Counted from the stretch's first letter, positions 48,743 to 64,000 are shown. The stretch: DNA of 64,000 bases from Eledone cirrhosa (GCA_964016885.1 OZ024742.1:295492001-295556000); one strand, 5' to 3'. The notes: generated by a model from the sequence alone, not told the origin. Translations and numbers: made by a program.

Positions 48743-49813
48743 TATATTATATAATAATATTCGTATTTTGTGCTCATAGTTTGGCATTAATAATATACTG
48801 GTTGGATGCTCTTCCTATCACCAGCACCACTTTACAGCATGGACTGGGTGCTTTTATTCGTGCCACCAGCACTAGAGAAGTTGTCTTACTTGACTTAGGG
48901 GTCTTCTCCAACCTGCACCAATTTATTCAGAGCAGTTGCTCTCCTAGATGGGTTGCCTATACTTCGTTAGTGATAGGCACATTTTTCAAATGCAGGTAGG
49001 ATCTACAGGTGTGGTTGATAGGTTGTTTTAAAGTGTTTAAATTAAAACCTCCCATCAAAATTAATAATAAAATGTTAGTTATATTACTAGAACTCTTCAA
49101 ATTCTTGACTATTTTCAGAATTATTTGAAAATCATAGGCAGTGTCTTTAATTAGAAATATTGTAATGAAAGGTTACATCACACTGCATCATCTTTAGAAA
49201 AATATAAAAAGACATTTTTGATATTCTAATCTGAATATATTCCATAGCTGGAAAGGTTTTGATAATAGGTTTGTTTGGTTAAGGATGACTTGTGCTAAAC
49301 AACAACCAAGATATCACAAAAAGATAAGAGAGACATCACAAAACAGGCAATAGAGATATCCCCAACTAATCACATCAATGCCAGAAAACACAAAGATATC
49401 ACAAATTTTTCACTATCAAATTAACCGCAAAGATAATTTTTATCTGCATCATAAGCCATATATATTTCAAATCAGATTCTTTATATGTTTTGTACAAAAC
49501 TTAGATTATACACAGTTAGGTAAATTTCTACAAATGTTTAATACAGATGTTTTTCTTTCAATTGTTGTTTCTGCTTAGAGCAGAATAAGAAATATCATGT
49601 ACATATTTCCTTAATTTATCACAATTTATTTTCATTGAACTGAGTTCCACTGATGATTGGCATTGAGTCCATTTTATAATCTGCTTTCTCCACCAATCAT
49701 TGGATCCCCTCAATTTCTCCAAGTATCATACCCTCCAGACAAATTATCTCCACTCCCCATATCATCATCATTAACGTCCATTTTACATATTTTTGATGAT
49801 TGCTTATATACAC

Positions 49814-49847
<34 letters not shown>

Positions 49848-49892
49848 CTATCTATCTATCTATCCATCACCATCACCACCACCACCACCACC

Positions 49893-50266
49893 ATCATTTT
49901 ACGTCCGCTTTTCCCTGCTTGCAAGGGCGGGATGGGAACTGATTCTGGCTTGATTTCTACAGCTAGATGCCCTTCCTAACACCAACCTCATTTACAGTGA
50001 GTGCTGGGTGCTTTTTTTCGTGGCACCTACACGACCACTTTACAGTGTGGGCTGGGTGCTTTTTTGCCGTGGCACCTCCACGACCACTTTGCAGTGGAAT
50101 GATAGGGACCCCAGTCCTATCATCTCATTTCTACAGCTGAGTAAACTGGAGCAATGTGAAATAAAGTGTCTTGCTCAAGGAAACAACACTTCACCCGGTC
50201 TGAGAATTGAACTCACAACCTTTTGATTGCAAGCCTAATGCTCTAACCACTAAGCCATGTGCCTCC
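49893..50266 (-). mobile_element. SINE family 2 with RTE-B module and RTE-C tail
   Basis: Same composite structure as 43415-43756, on the minus strand. Confidence 0.85.
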
Positions 50267-50782
50267 ATATATATATGTGTGTGTGTGTGTGTATCATCAT
50301 CATCGATTAACGTCTATCTTCCACGCCAGCATGGGTTAGATGGGTTTGTCCCATTTAGAGGCAAGTTGGGTCAGATGACCACGTCTCACTCATTTAGGAG
50401 TGTTTCTGGCTGGTTTTCTATGGCTGGTTGCCCTTCCTAACACCAACCACATTCACAGTGTGTGCTGGGTGCTTTTTGCTGTGTCTTTTACATATCCACT
50501 TTACAGTGTGGGCTGGGTGCTTTTTTGTTGTGACACCTACACAATCACTTTACAATGTGGGTTGGATGTTTTGTGGTACCAGCATAATATACATATCATC
50601 ATCATTTTATGTCCACTTTTCCCTGCTTGCAAGGGTGGGATGGGTCCTATTCAGCATCTCGCCACTTGTCACGGTCCTTCGTCTTCTCCTCTGTGAGTTT
50701 CACCGATCTGAGGTCTGCTCTCACCAACTCTGCCCATATTTTTCATGGTCTTCCACACACATACAGGTACACATCATGATAA

Positions 50783-50823
<41 letters not shown>

Positions 50824-50871
50824 CGAAGATATTGATGAAAGAGAAGCAAGCCGTTAAAATATATTTATAAG

Positions 50872-50916
50872 AAGCTCTTACACATGTTATGCCCAAGTTG
50901 GACTCCTCAGAGGCTT
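50872..50916 (-). ncRNA. Degenerate hammerhead motif (probably inactive)
   Basis: aagcct CTGAGGA gtcc-aactt-gggc ATAA catgtg TA agagctt; GAAA replaced by ATAA; in an insert directly after a (TA)n tract. Confidence 0.45.
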
Positions 50917-51165
50917 ACAAGAAAATAAGATTTAATAAAGAACCATGAATGGGCGTGAGTACGATTTTAACATCGAAATTCATATCTCAGTGTTACAAAG
51001 TTAAAATGCAAGCAATGGGTACACAAGAGATGTAGAGGGATCTCAGGCAGGCTAACAAAGAATGTAGCTTTTAGTTATGGCCGATACACAGGGTCAGTAA
51101 GTAGCAAGAACCCTCAGGATACAATCACCTTCAAAATGTATATGAACACATATGTATATATATAT

Positions 51166-54100
51166 ATCATCATCATCATCATCATCGTTTAACGTCCATA
51201 TTCCACACTTGCATGGGTTTGGACGGGAGTTTTCCCATTTGAGGCAAGAGTGGTTGTCTTGCTCATATAGGACTGTCTGGCGGGTTTTCTACAGCTGGAT
51301 GCCCTTCCTAACACTAACCACATTTACAGTGTGGACTGGGAGGTTTTTACCGTGTTGCCTACACGGCCACATTACAACGTGGACTGTGTGTTTTTTTCTC
51401 GTGACACCTACACGACCTCATTTGTTTCGGACTGGATGTTGTGGTACCAACATAACTTTACATTGAAAGGGGTGGTGTAGATAGGGGTGGGGGTAGTGGG
51501 ACGGGGGTGTATTTTTGTTAGAGGTGCCTACTGACTGTAGTAGGTTTCACTTTGTACTTAGGTAAGGCGGGTCTTCTGTATTACTGTGTAGCGCCAAAGA
51601 TCTCGGTCCAGTGACATTGTCTTGGAGAGGTGTAAGTGTGTGAGGTCGGAATTTATCAAGTCGTCCCAGGTTTTTCTGGGTCTGCCTACTCCGTGGCTAC
51701 CATCTATTTTTATTGCCCTGCACTTTTTTATACAGCTGTCATCTTTCATGCGCATCACGTGACCGTACCAACGTAGTCTTCTCTCGAGTAGACAACATCT
51801 GATCCCTCTTATTTCTAATTTTTCCCTTAGTTCGTTTATGCTTTGCCGTTCACGTATATTACTATTACACATCCAGCGGAGCATGCAAGCTTCGTTCCTC
51901 TCCAGTCTGCGTATATCCTCTGCACACAATGCCCAGGTCTCCCTGCCATGTAACATTGCTGTTTGTATGCAGGCATCATACAGCCTGCCTTTCATTTTTA
52001 GAGAGAACCCTTTAGCGGCTAATAGTGGTATAAGCTCTCTGAACTTTTTCCATCCAGTTCTGACTCTAACTACTGTACTTTCAGAGCACCCTCCCCCACT
52101 GCTGATTGTGTCACCCAGGTAACAGAAGCTGTCCACTATTTCTATAGAACCATCTGTGCAATGGAATGAGCTAGTATTTTGTGGGCACTTGCTGCTACTT
52201 ATTGCACCAGAGCACCGGCCACATATAAAATCTGTTCTTAGTTAGCTTACCTGTGATCTGTTCTTAGTTAGCTTACCTGTGATCTACATCTTTTATGCAC
52301 CCATACTTTGCATTTGGGACATAAAATGGAGTTTCTACCTACTCCTTTCCTACACACTGAGCATGGCCATTTCCCGGATGGGATCGGTGCCCTATTTTCC
52401 TTCCTACAAACTAGAACTTTAGTCTTAGACAGTTTAATTTTAAGGCCTTTTGATTTTAGGCCATGCTTCCTTGTTTGGAATTTCTTCCCTAGTTCGGCCA
52501 TTGATTCAGCTATGAGCGTTAGATCATCTGTGTATAAGAGTTCCCATGGGCAGCCGGTCTTGAACTCCACTGTTATAGCCTGAAGGGCAATAATAAATAG
52601 TAGGGGGCTAAGAACGGAGCCCTGATGAACACCAACTTTTACGCTAAACTCTTCACTATATTCGTTGTTAATTCTAACCTTGCTGACTGTTTCTTTATAC
52701 ATGGCTTGTATAGCTCTCACAAGCCATTCATCAACACCTAGTTTTCTAAGAGCCCACCAGATAATGGAACGGGGGACTCTGTCAAAGGCTTTCTCCAAGT
52801 CGACAAAAGCTAAGTATAGGGGTTTACTTTTAGCTAGGTACTTCTCCTGTAGTTGTCGTACAATGAAAAGAGCGTCTGTGGTACTTTTACCTGACACAAA
52901 CCCGAACTGCATCTCATCTAGATCAATTCGCTCTCTGATTAGTTGCGCTATTACTTTTTCTGTGACCTTCATGACCTGGTCGATTAATTTAATGCCTCTA
53001 TAGTTACCCCTATCTAGGGCATATCCTTTACCCTTGTAGCAGTTAATGATGATGCTGCTACACCAGTCCTTCGGAACAACCCCATTCTGTATGACTTGGT
53101 TTACTATCCGGGTGACCATGGTGTGTCCCACCGATCCAGAAGCTTTCAGCATTTCAGCAACTATTTACGATCTTCATATCTTTGATTGCCTTACTTATTA
53201 TACTACCCTCGACTAACACTGCTGGTCCCTCTATTGGGTCGATGTGGGGGAGACTGTCTTTCTCCCATTTATTCTCCTCATTTAGTAGCCTTTCATAGTG
53301 ACACTTCCAAGCTACCTTTTTATCAGCATCAGTGATGGCAAGTACACCATCATCATTAAGGACACACTTCTCCCCGATAATATCACGGTTTTCCTTGACA
53401 CATTGCCTAGCAATCCTGAACACCTCACGTTTTTGGTCCTCGCGTTGTAGAAGATGCTTGAACTTTCTTTCCTCTGCTTCCCTTCTTGCGAAGTACACTT
53501 GTCTCCTAGCTTCCCTCCTGGCCACTTGATAGTCTTCTCTACTTCCCCCATCCCACCATACTTTCCAAGCCTGCTTTTTGGCCTTAATTGACTCCTCCAC
53601 TTTACTGTTCCACCACCACGTTACTCTCCTCCTGCCTATAGGCCTGCTCTAGCCACAGACTTCATCTGCCGCCATCAGCAGGTTTGCTTTCAGGAATTCC
53701 CACTGTTCCTCTATATTGTACGACTCTAATTGCTCTTCCTTACTGTCGAAAGCATCAAGTAATATGCTTTTAAATTTATTACTGGCTGTGGGGTCCTTTA
53801 GCTTCCATATTTTTCTCCTGAGGATAGTCCTCTTCTGTTGTCGAGTACGTCTCATCCTGACTATGAGGTCGCTAATTATGAGTCTATGTTGGGAGGTGCA
53901 TTCTTCATGTGGGAGGGATTTAGTGTTTACAACAGACACTCTGTCACGTCTTCTGGTAAGGATATAATCTACCTGTCTGGTATATTCCCCTGATCTGTCG
54001 GTGATCAAGTGATTGTCTCGTTTTTGGAAGTTAGTGTTACAGATAGTTAGGTTATTTGCGTCACAGAATTCCAGGATTCTGGAGCCTTCCTCATTTCTAG

Positions 54101-54830
54101 TACCAAACCCATAGCCTCCATGGATTCCGTCATAGCCGTCGCAATGTTGTCCAACGTGACCATTTAGGTCGCCAGCAATAATTATATAGTCACTGTCGGT
54201 TATTTGGGAGGTAGTGAGCATCAGTGTCTCATAGAATCTGTCTTTTATAGCGCCAGGCAGTCCGGATTGGGGTGCGTACACAGATATTACTGTCACAGTA
54301 GTTCTATTTAGAACAAGTCTTATTTTAATTATTCTGTCATTCACTCTATTTACGTCTATTATCTTATCCACCCATTTTTCTGCTAACATGATTCCCACCC
54401 CACCCAGCGCATTGTCATTTCCCACCCAGAAAAGCTTATAGCATCATTTTTTACCCACAATGAATCTAGCAGACCCGCCCCTCCACCTGGTCTCTTGGAT
54501 ACAGCAAACATCAACCTCCTTATGTTCAAGCATTTCTACAACCTCGTTAGAGCGGCCTTTTAAGGTGCCTACATTCATGGTACCAACTCTGAAGTTTTGG
54601 ATTGCATTTGGTGGGTGGGACGCGGGGAGGGGTATGGAGTTGGGGTTATGTTGGCCATCCGCGGCCAAAACAAAGAGGAGGAGTCCTTGCCCTTTCGTCC
54701 GGCAGCATGAGGTGAATTTGTCGTTATCTTTGGCATTGTCTCCGAGTGTCCAGATTCTTCAGACTCTCCAGAAATTCCTTAGTCCATCCATCATATCGAA
54801 AAGCAACCAGGAGAGGTGATAGCATAGGCC
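51166..54830 (-). mobile_element. Full-length RTE LINE family A-related, frameshifted
   Basis: ORF pieces 54444-54668, 53649-54425 (EN), 53154-53600, 52268-53152 (RT; YTDD) and 51558-52136; short tandem duplication at 52231-52285; (GAT)n tail. Confidence 0.96.
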
Positions 54831-55096
54831 GCTGACTTATGATTGGTGCAAATAATAATGGTGGAGAGTGGGGAGGGGTATGGGGTAGTTAGCGAGGAGA
54901 AGGTTTTAAATAAAGCAATAAACAGTAACAAGTGATATACTGGGATTTTAAAATACACAAGATTATTTAGAACAGCCAGACAGAATTATAGAATAGCATT
55001 GAGAAAGTAGGATTTGGATTCTGGGCGATTATACAGATATATGGATGAATGAACCGAAGGGTGGGGAGACAAGAAGAAAATGGTATTTTACATTAC

Positions 55097-55159
<63 letters not shown>

Positions 55160-55240
55160 TCATATACCATACCATATACAATATACATACACATATCATA
55201 CATATACACTTCATATATATACACATATATATATATATAT

Positions 55241-56655
55241 ATCATCAACTTCGTCATTTAGCATCCATTCACGGGTAGGACGGGTTGACCCTTAGGGAAA
55301 AAACAGGTCAGAGGAACATGTTTAGCTCACCCAGGGCAGATTTTGGCTTAGTTTCTACAGCTGGGTGCCCTTCCTACTGCTAACCCCATTTACAGTGTGT
55401 GCTGGGTGCTTTATGTCTTGTCACCTACGCGATCACATTACAGTGTGACTGGGCACCTTTGTCATATCACCGACATAACCACTTTACAGTGGTGCCTGGG
55501 CACTTTTGTCTTGGGACTAGGGAGGGGGGAGGGAGCTTGAGGAAATTGTGGACAAGGTAGTAGAGGATGTATGGTAACCGCTAAGGGATGTGAATGAGAG
55601 GGGAGAAGGTTGAGGAAGATGTTGCCTACTAGGTATAAACCTCAGCCTGAGAATAATAGAGGGCAGGTCGTCTGCAAAACTGCATAGCATCAGAGGTCGT
55701 GGTCCTGTGTCATTGCCTTTGAGAGGTGTAATTGTGCAAGGTCAGCTTTTATTACCTCATCCCAAGTCTTCCTAGGCCTGCCCACACCACGGTTACCATC
55801 AACTTTGAGCGCTTTGCACCTTATTATACAGCTGTCATCCTTCATACACATCACATGTCCATACCAACACAATCTCCTCTGCACACAACAGCTGATCACT
55901 CTTATGCCTACTTTCTCACGCAGTCATTTATATTTTGCTGTTCAAGGGAAAAACCTTTTGTAGTTAGTAACAGTAGTAGCTCACTGAACTCTCTCCAACC
56001 CGGTCTCACTCTGGTTACTGTGTTTTCAGAACACCCTTCCCAACTACTAATTTGGTCACCCAGGTAGCGGAAACTATCTACCACTTCAACCAAGCCCTCT
56101 GAGCATTTGAAGGTGATTGTATCCTGAGGGTTCTTGCTACTTACTGCCCCTATGCATCGGCCACAACTAAAACCTACATTCTTTGTTAGCCTGCCTGAGA
56201 TCCCTCTACATCTCTTGTGTACCCATTGCTTGTATTTGGTACATAGAATGGAATTTCTGCCTACTCCTTTTCTGCACACTGAGCAGGGCCATTTCCCAGA
56301 GGAGATCTGGGCCCTGTTATCCCTTCTACTTACTAGGACTTTAGTCTTTGCCAAGTTGACTTTAAGACCTTTAGATTCTCGGCTTTGCTTCCAGGTTTGG
56401 AATTTCATCTCTAGTTCAGCTATAAGGATTAGGTCATCAGCATACAGAAGTTCCTATGGGCAGCCGGTCTTAAACTCCTCTGTTATTACCTACAGAACGA
56501 TAATAAACAGAAGAGGGCTAAGAACAGAGCCCTGATGGACACCAACCTGCACACTAAATTCTTTACTATAGCCATTGTTAATTCTAACCTTACTGGCTGT
56601 TATTCTATATATTTCTTGAATTGCCCTCGCAAGCCATTCATCAACTCCTAGTTGA
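55241..56655 (-). mobile_element. Older RTE LINE (family B-related), decayed
   Basis: ORFs 56490-56765, 55908-56408 and 55690-55899 carry RT, PHD and C-terminal motifs. Confidence 0.88.
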
Positions 56656-56959
56656 GTGAAAAACCGCAAATATTGGACGTGGTCCATAAAATACCTATAA
56701 ACGTCAAAATATAATGTAAAATATAATAAAAAAAGAGGGAGCATCTTATGCGAAGGGACGTCCAATAGGCCGGCAAATACGGTATATTATTAATAATTTA
56801 GCATTGAAAAGATATATATTGCCACGAAAAATGCCATTAAAAAATTTGCGGAAGATATTTACGATTCTGCAAATATGCGGTGGTTTCCACGAACAATTAT
56901 TAGTTAGGTTCTATGGAAAATTCCATGAATAACCAGGACCGTGAATGTCAGGAGTACAC

Positions 56960-56999
<40 letters not shown>

Positions 57000-57000
<1 letters not shown>

Positions 57001-59295
57001 TAATGGAATTAGTAAAAATCCCAATGGAGGGCCCATTCCATTCTGGCCTCAAGTTTATGGGCTTTGAAATTTGTGCCTAAACATGCATCAAGTACTACCC
57101 TTATCTGTTTTTTCCTGGTCTCTATGCTGTAGACACTTCATATATATCATGTGGAATATTGGTGTAAGTGCTTGCCACATCAAAACTAATACAATTTGGT
57201 TCTGTTATATTCGATAGATGTGATAAAAAAATCAATATCATCTTGAATGAAACACGGTATGTAGATACAGGGTGGTTTCAAATAATGTCAATAAACTGAG
57301 ATGATTAGTAGGACATGCCAGACCAGCTAAGAGGTCTAAGTTTTAGATCTTTTGGTTATAGTAATTTCATATATTCATTATTTTGTTCTTTCACTCTGTT
57401 TTGATTTATGTATTTTTGGTAGGCCATAAAAATTGCTCAGCTTTGATTCAAAATTGGTAAGGTAATCACTTTTGTTACAGGTAAGTGAATTTTGATGTTT
57501 TGAAACCAGATTATTGAGGCGCCTCATAATGCAATGATCTATATTTGCAGGTATTTCTGAATAAGAGGTTGTATCCTTCAACTGTTCTTCAGATAAATCT
57601 TAATTCTCAGCAACCATTATAACAATGGTATCACCTTTATCTGCCAGTTTTATGACTATTGTTTCATTATTTTGGAGACATTTGAGTGCAGACTTCTCTG
57701 ATTTGGTAATATTTTATCTGACATTAGTAATGTGTTCTAGTGGGTATTTGTAAAGGATATCAATATATTGGTTTAGATGAGTATCTTTTCCTTTCAGTGG
57801 AATGTACTTTAATTTGTTCCTCATTACAGATTCATCAACCCCCCTGTCTTTATTGATAAAAACCCCAATCAATTGTAGTTTTCAATGGAAGTTTTGGCTA
57901 TCCTCTAGTTCTTCGTGGTTGATTGTTTGTGCAGGCATAAATGATAGTTCTTTTGTCAAAAAATCTGAGTTCATCACTATCTAGATTCCTTTTGATAAAC
58001 TAATAATTTTAGGCTCTATTGAGTCAATTGTTTTAGAACTGTTTCTTCTTTTTGTTTTGCCTTTGCCAGTGTTTTTTGTCCTAACACTAAAAACGAATCT
58101 CTCTTTGTTTAGTATTTCTGTTGTTAATTTTTGCTTGTTGAACCAAGTGATTAGGTCCATATTTTACATTTTTACTTGTTTTGTGCATTATTTGTCATTT
58201 TAATATTACTTTTAACTACGTGTGGAAATGATCTAGGTTTATTTCTTAATGTAGACTGGCCATTCATTTTGTTCCACACAGTTAATCTTTGTCAAGAACT
58301 TGAGAATGACGGACTTCATCCATTTCCCTCTCTAGCATTTCAAGTTACAGTTCACCCAAAGGGATGTGTATTTTTATATTTATTTTGGTTTTAGTGGTTC
58401 TTGTGTAGGTTAAAATGTTTACTTAAATTTCATGATATGGCAGAGTTCCTACTATAGTTTGTAGCATACTTGTTGAGGGTTGTTTTTGTCATAAGCTTCA
58501 GTGCTTCTTATGTGAACTAGGATGTTTTCTTATACCACATGATACTGAAGTGTTCTTACTGTAATTTTCAGCATAACCATCAAGGAATGACTGTTTACAT
58601 TGCCAAAATATTCCAGATATGTTTTCTTCTTTTGAAATGTCCTTAAACCATATTTCTCACATCTTCTCAGCTATGTTGTTAGTTGCCATTTCATCTAGAA
58701 TTTGATGATAGAAAGCTTCATATTTTTCTTTGTAATGATATTGTTTCATATATCAATAAAAATATTTGTTCTAAATTTTATCATAGAGTGTTCCCATCTT
58801 AGTTTTGTCTTCTGCTGTGGTTCTCCTATGTTCTCTTTGATTAGGTACTTATGAGGAAGTATGGGTGCAGCTCATGTGATGCAACTTGAATGAATTTCAG
58901 TGTACCTTTCAAATTTATATGCATTCTAAAAATGTTTTTGAATATTGAGGAGTTTCCTCCTTGCTCTCCATATTTGGTTTCTTTGCTGAAAGGCTTCTTT
59001 TTCAAAATTGGCTTCATTAAGCTCAAATATCCATGTTGGTTGTGAATTTTCTGTTATAGCCTTTTCTAATTTTGACAGAATTTCTGATAAATTGGTAAAG
59101 TTCATATTTTCTTTTACTTGCCTTCCATTTTCCATTTTCCATTTGTTGAATGTTTTTTCCAGTTCATCTAAAATTAATGTTTGTAAGGTTAATATTGTGA
59201 TAAGTGTTGACAGATTTCCTGATACCACCCTTAGAATCCTCTCTGATTTCATTGATTCAGTTCATTGTTTTCCAGTGATGTTGTGTACACAATAG
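57000..59295 (-). mobile_element. Decayed Penelope-like element, N-terminal and RT region
   Basis: Minus-strand motifs IVIKLADKGDTIVIM (about 57615-57660), FYGLPKIHK (ORF 57378-57581) and SFDVASTYTNIPHD (about 57147-57188) are PLE RT signatures; many stops. Confidence 0.85.
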
Positions 59296-59779
59296 AAATA
59301 CATATATCTCTTAATCTGTATGATTATGTACATATAATATACAAATCAATCAAATTTAAATACAGCTGAATTTTTCTATTTTATTTAGTATTTTTACAAG
59401 TACCTTCAAGTCTTCTAGGATTTTCTTTAGGTTTAGGCTAAAAATGTATCAACCTATCTAACCCATGCAAGCATGGAAAATAGATGTTAAATGATGATGG
59501 TGTTGGTCAACCAAAGACCAAAGTAGAAAACACTTGCCCAAGATGCAGTGCAGTGGGACTGAACCTTGAACCACTAAGTTGTAAATTGAACACCTTAACT
59601 ATACAGCTATCTGTAGTAGGAGTACAATCACACTCTTCCCAGTATGAGAAACAAATGTATGATAATGATGAGGATTTATAAATTATATATTTCATATACA
59701 TACACAAAAACAATACATAAAAGAAATCAATGCCAATTCATAAAAATGCACAGAGCTAAACAGACACACACACATATAT

Positions 59780-60305
<526 letters not shown>

Positions 60306-60412
60306 TTCACATCTATAGACTATGATGATACAAATATATTTTATAGTTTGTATAATAATATTTACGAGAATTATATTTATTCTCTCTTTCAAAGTTTTTA
60401 TTTATTCCTTAC

Positions 60413-60583
60413 ACTATTATTTACAACCTTTACTAGCACTTGTATAATATTGAGTTGTATTTTGTTAAATGTTGCCGTAGAAGTGGGGGCAGTTATTTTG
60501 TTCAATGCACGTAGTACAGCAGTATCAATATTGCTGATTGTGTTGTTGTTCAGTTCTCTGAACCTTAAATATGTCTCTTGCTT
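60413..60583 (-). CDS. Candidate 171-nt phase-0 exon (KQETYLRFRELNNNT..VKVVNNS)
   Basis: ttttag| acceptor, |gtaagg donor, single open frame; polypyrimidine tract short; protein not recognised. Confidence 0.2.
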
Positions 60584-61059
60584 CTAAAAATCTCTTTGTT
60601 TTGATCACTGATGTGTGAAAGAGAAACCTGGCTCCACAATTCACTTGTGTCTAATCACTTGTATCAATCCTCCCACCAATTTCTAGACACATAGCTGAAC
60701 AGCAATGCCAACCTTACATCAATCACATAGAAATCTGGCTCCACCATAACAAACAGACTTAAATTAGCACCTACCTACAAATATACTGTCTCCCTTCTTA
60801 TCAGCAACACCAGAGAACTTCAAATATAACCATTCATTACATTTAACCCTTTCATTGCCATATTTCTAGTCAAAGACAACTGCCTATGATTTTCAAATGA
60901 TTTGGAGGGATTAAGTAAAATTACTAACATTTTCATTATCAAGCTGGTGTTTCGAGCATAACTTAATACAAATTCTTACATAATGTTTTTAGATAAATAT
61001 AATAAACGTTAAATAAACAGCTCTGTATTGTACAACCAGAGGTAGTTTCAAAAATTAAC

Positions 61060-61290
61060 ATGCGAGACCAGCCAAGCTCATGGATGTTATCCAACCATCT
61101 TGCTTGGGGTCTACCCCTGGGTCTCTTGCTGGTTGGTTTTGCCCTTAAAACCTGTCCAGTAATTCTTTCCTGAGTAATTCTAACCACATGCCCATAGTAT
61201 TGGAGCTGTAATCTCTCAATTTACTGACTCTATGATCTCTGAGCTACACACTCTATTGAGTAACATTACTCCAATGATCCTTTGGTTCAG
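61060..61290 (-). mobile_element. Old RTE-like LINE C-terminal fragment
   Basis: LQYYGHVVR..KRPRGRPQARWLD motif. Confidence 0.65.
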
Positions 61291-62406
61291 CAGTTTATGC
61301 TTCTCCAGACTTACCAAATGTAAAAAAAAGTGAGATGAGAGAAAAAGTGTGCATTAAAAAATGTCAGATGATATATGCAAGGGAGATTATTGATTGTGCT
61401 CTATATAGACATGTGTGGCTTATATAAACTGTGTGCGGGGTATAAAAATATTAATCGCTGCTGGCAGTTGAAGATACCTGTAGTAAAGGAGGATCAAGGA
61501 AGATAGGAGAGGAAATAGTTAATATTTTGAACCCACCATCTTGGTATTCTGGTACTGATGGTGTTTCACTATATCTTATAATCCTGGTATTTTGATCTGC
61601 TACACACATCTGTTTACAACAATTATTTTCACTGCTTTCTATACAAATCAGTGAATGTATTACATTGTTACGTTAGACTTAGTTCTTCAGCAAAATATTG
61701 CTGTGGTTTTTGTCATGTTCATACATTTATTAACATTTTCTTTTCAGGTTAAATCAACAGATATCCTTTTAATAGTGATTTTCATGTGAATGCTCAGGAT
61801 TAGGATTACTCACATGGCAGAGGATCAGAGTTCAAAGGGTCAACTTGAATCTCTTAGCTTATTGTTAAGATGACATAGCACAAAAACAATGCTGATATAC
61901 TGTTGTAAAGCAGGTATGGGCGACTTAATGGCATTGGGCTACATGCAGCCTTTTAAATCTTTATATATGGCATGTGTAACATCAGGTTTGGAGGCCTTGT
62001 AAATTTCATGATGACTGCTTTTCTCTTTTTCATAAATTAATTAAAAGAACGAGTGAAAGAATTCAAATGAAAAGGAGAGAATAATGATTTATAGATTATA
62101 GGGTCAGGCAGGATTAATAGTTTGATGAACAAAGGTTAGAAGATCAAATCTAAGTTTTTAAAACATTTTTTGTTTGTTATTAAATTATATATATATATAT
62201 AATTGGAAATTTAGTAAAATCGAATCTCTGGCTGTTTGCAAGCAAATTCGGCCTACTTATATGAAATGATGAGTTAGCAAAGCACTCGATAAGTTAGGTC
62301 CTTAGAGTAATAACATACGTTTAAATAGCTTGACAAATCGAACATTGTGGTAGGCAAAATCTAACACAATAATATACCAAAGTAACGATAGAACTAACTA
62401 GTTGAG

Positions 62407-62463
<57 letters not shown>

Positions 62464-63068
62464 AATAACATTACAAATTGCTCACAATTCTTTCAGAATA
62501 ACATTACAAATTTAATGTTGTTGATAAACGCATAAAAAGCAAATACAATTAACTATTGCTAAGAACCTCACAAAAACAACACATCTAAATATATGATCAG
62601 AGCGATAGAAAAAGAAGGGGAGGGGGAAGACAAAAACGACCATCAATTCAACACCAAGTTTGACAATCGGCCATACATCCCATTGAATAATATGATCAAT
62701 ATATAACATATATACGTGTGTAAAAGTTGATCACATGTTAGAGTCAAACCTTATTTTTTGTCAAAAATATGTATTTTTCTATATAAAGTATATTATTAAT
62801 ATTTTACATATATTAATATATTACATATATTTTTCTGCTAAAAGTAGATCCTAGTTCTTCAGAGATAACAAATCTACATTTGTGAGTCAAAGTATTATCC
62901 TGAATAAAATGTTACGACATGGAAATTCATTTTTCTGTGTTCTGATGACTGCAAGTAGAAATATTTTCAATATTTTCCATTTGATACACAGACTTATTTA
63001 TCTGTTTTGGAAATACAAAGTGTATTTTGATGCATAAAAACATTGGTATTATTATTATAATTAGAGCA

Positions 63069-63280
63069 GTGGATTAGCAGAACAAGTAGAGCGTCAGACA
63101 ACATGCTTTTACCGCATACAGTCGTGGCCCTATACATTCTGAGTTCAAATCCTGCTGAGGTTAGCTTTGCCTTTAATCCTTACTGGGTCGATAAAATAAA
63201 CTACCAGTAGCACACTGGGGTCGATTAAATCGTCTTTCCACCCCACCAGAATTGTTGGCCTTGTGCCTAAATATGAAACC
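63069..63280 (+). mobile_element. tRNA-derived SINE (family 1)
   Basis: gtggattagcagaa..ctgagttcaaatcc..ctttgccttt..gggtcgataaaataaactaccagt..ggccttgtgcctaaa, then an (att)n tail. Confidence 0.8.
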
Positions 63281-63938
63281 ATTATTATTATTATAATTAA
63301 TTGTTTATTATTATTTATATTTAATTGAGAGTCTATTTGTGTATTTGTTAATTGATAGAGTATTTTGAATAGTAGTGTTAATTTTAGTCCTTAGAATGTA
63401 GCATCATTTAACTCCAAAAAAATAGTCTAAAATGATTTGAACTTTACATGAGTATATGTATGGTAAAACATATAATTTGAGTGGCTGGAACACAATGTAA
63501 CTCTTAATATCTTCTAATGGTTTAGCAATAACCAGGTGTGTTAATTCAAATTTCTATAATATCTTTATTAGGAGACATATATTTGCAATATTAAAGTAAA
63601 GACTTTAACTTCAAATGTGATACAGTCTCATTATGATGTTTTGTATTTTTGAGAATGTTTTGCTAATGCAGTTTCATGTGGAACAGAATGTTAAGAGTCA
63701 ATAAGTGAAAAGAAATTAACAAAAAATAACTACTGCCATAAAACAATGTGGATAAAAATGTAATCATTATAATAAATATATCAGTAGCATTGTTTTCTTT
63801 TAATTACAAATTAATTAAAAACACCAGTTTTCCCTGTTATAGCATGTAGATGACTGTGCATGTCTTCTCTACTTTTCCTTTGACTTATTTTTCATTGAAT
63901 TGTTTCTTTTGTAAAACATATTTATTATAAATTGTTTG

Positions 63939-63972
<34 letters not shown>

Positions 63973-64000
63973 AAGTAAATAAAAATAACTAAAATTTATT

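Noticed and set aside
56800-56840. TTGAAAA..GAAA resembling the U3-A8 variant
   Set aside because: No stem II helix, stem III or NUH triplet.
61748-61913. Exon-like segment with ttttcag acceptor and gtatgg donor
   Set aside because: Stops in all three frames, and the donor coincides with what looks like a DNA-transposon terminus; at best a non-coding exon.
62936-62975. CTGATGA..GAAA..TC hammerhead-like spacing
   Set aside because: Stem II is out of register, stem III unpaired and stem I G-U rich; compatible with chance in AT-rich DNA.

Overview
Eukaryotic, AT-rich, repeat-dominated genomic DNA. The repeat landscape resembles an octopus/cephalopod genome (inference only). About half the window is non-LTR retrotransposon sequence: more than 14 copies or fragments of at least three RTE-clade LINE families with (GAT)n tails. 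One is near-intact (35772-38894, single internal stop), and copies covering that region carry a C4HC3 PHD-type finger inside the RT domain. Also present are a decayed CR1-like LINE, a complete DD37D (maT) Tc1/mariner transposon, a non-autonomous Helitron, TTAA-flanked piggyBac-like MITEs, two tRNA-derived SINE families, Penelope-like element (PLE) remnants, and many (TA)n/(CA)n microsatellites. The most striking hidden signal is a set of hammerhead ribozyme motifs from about six unrelated families in short inserts within (TA)n tracts (10349, 22955, 28035, 32824, 43069, 44018/46172, 50872, plus a fold-back half-ribozyme at 20896). Most have palindromic minimal stem III, and one has a compensatory U3-A8 core. 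A cluster of perfect DNA fold-backs lies at 20.9-23.8 kb. Only weak candidates for host exons were seen. Nearly all listed [12 protein letters not shown] ORFs are microsatellite artefacts. Element boundaries were read by eye and are approximate.
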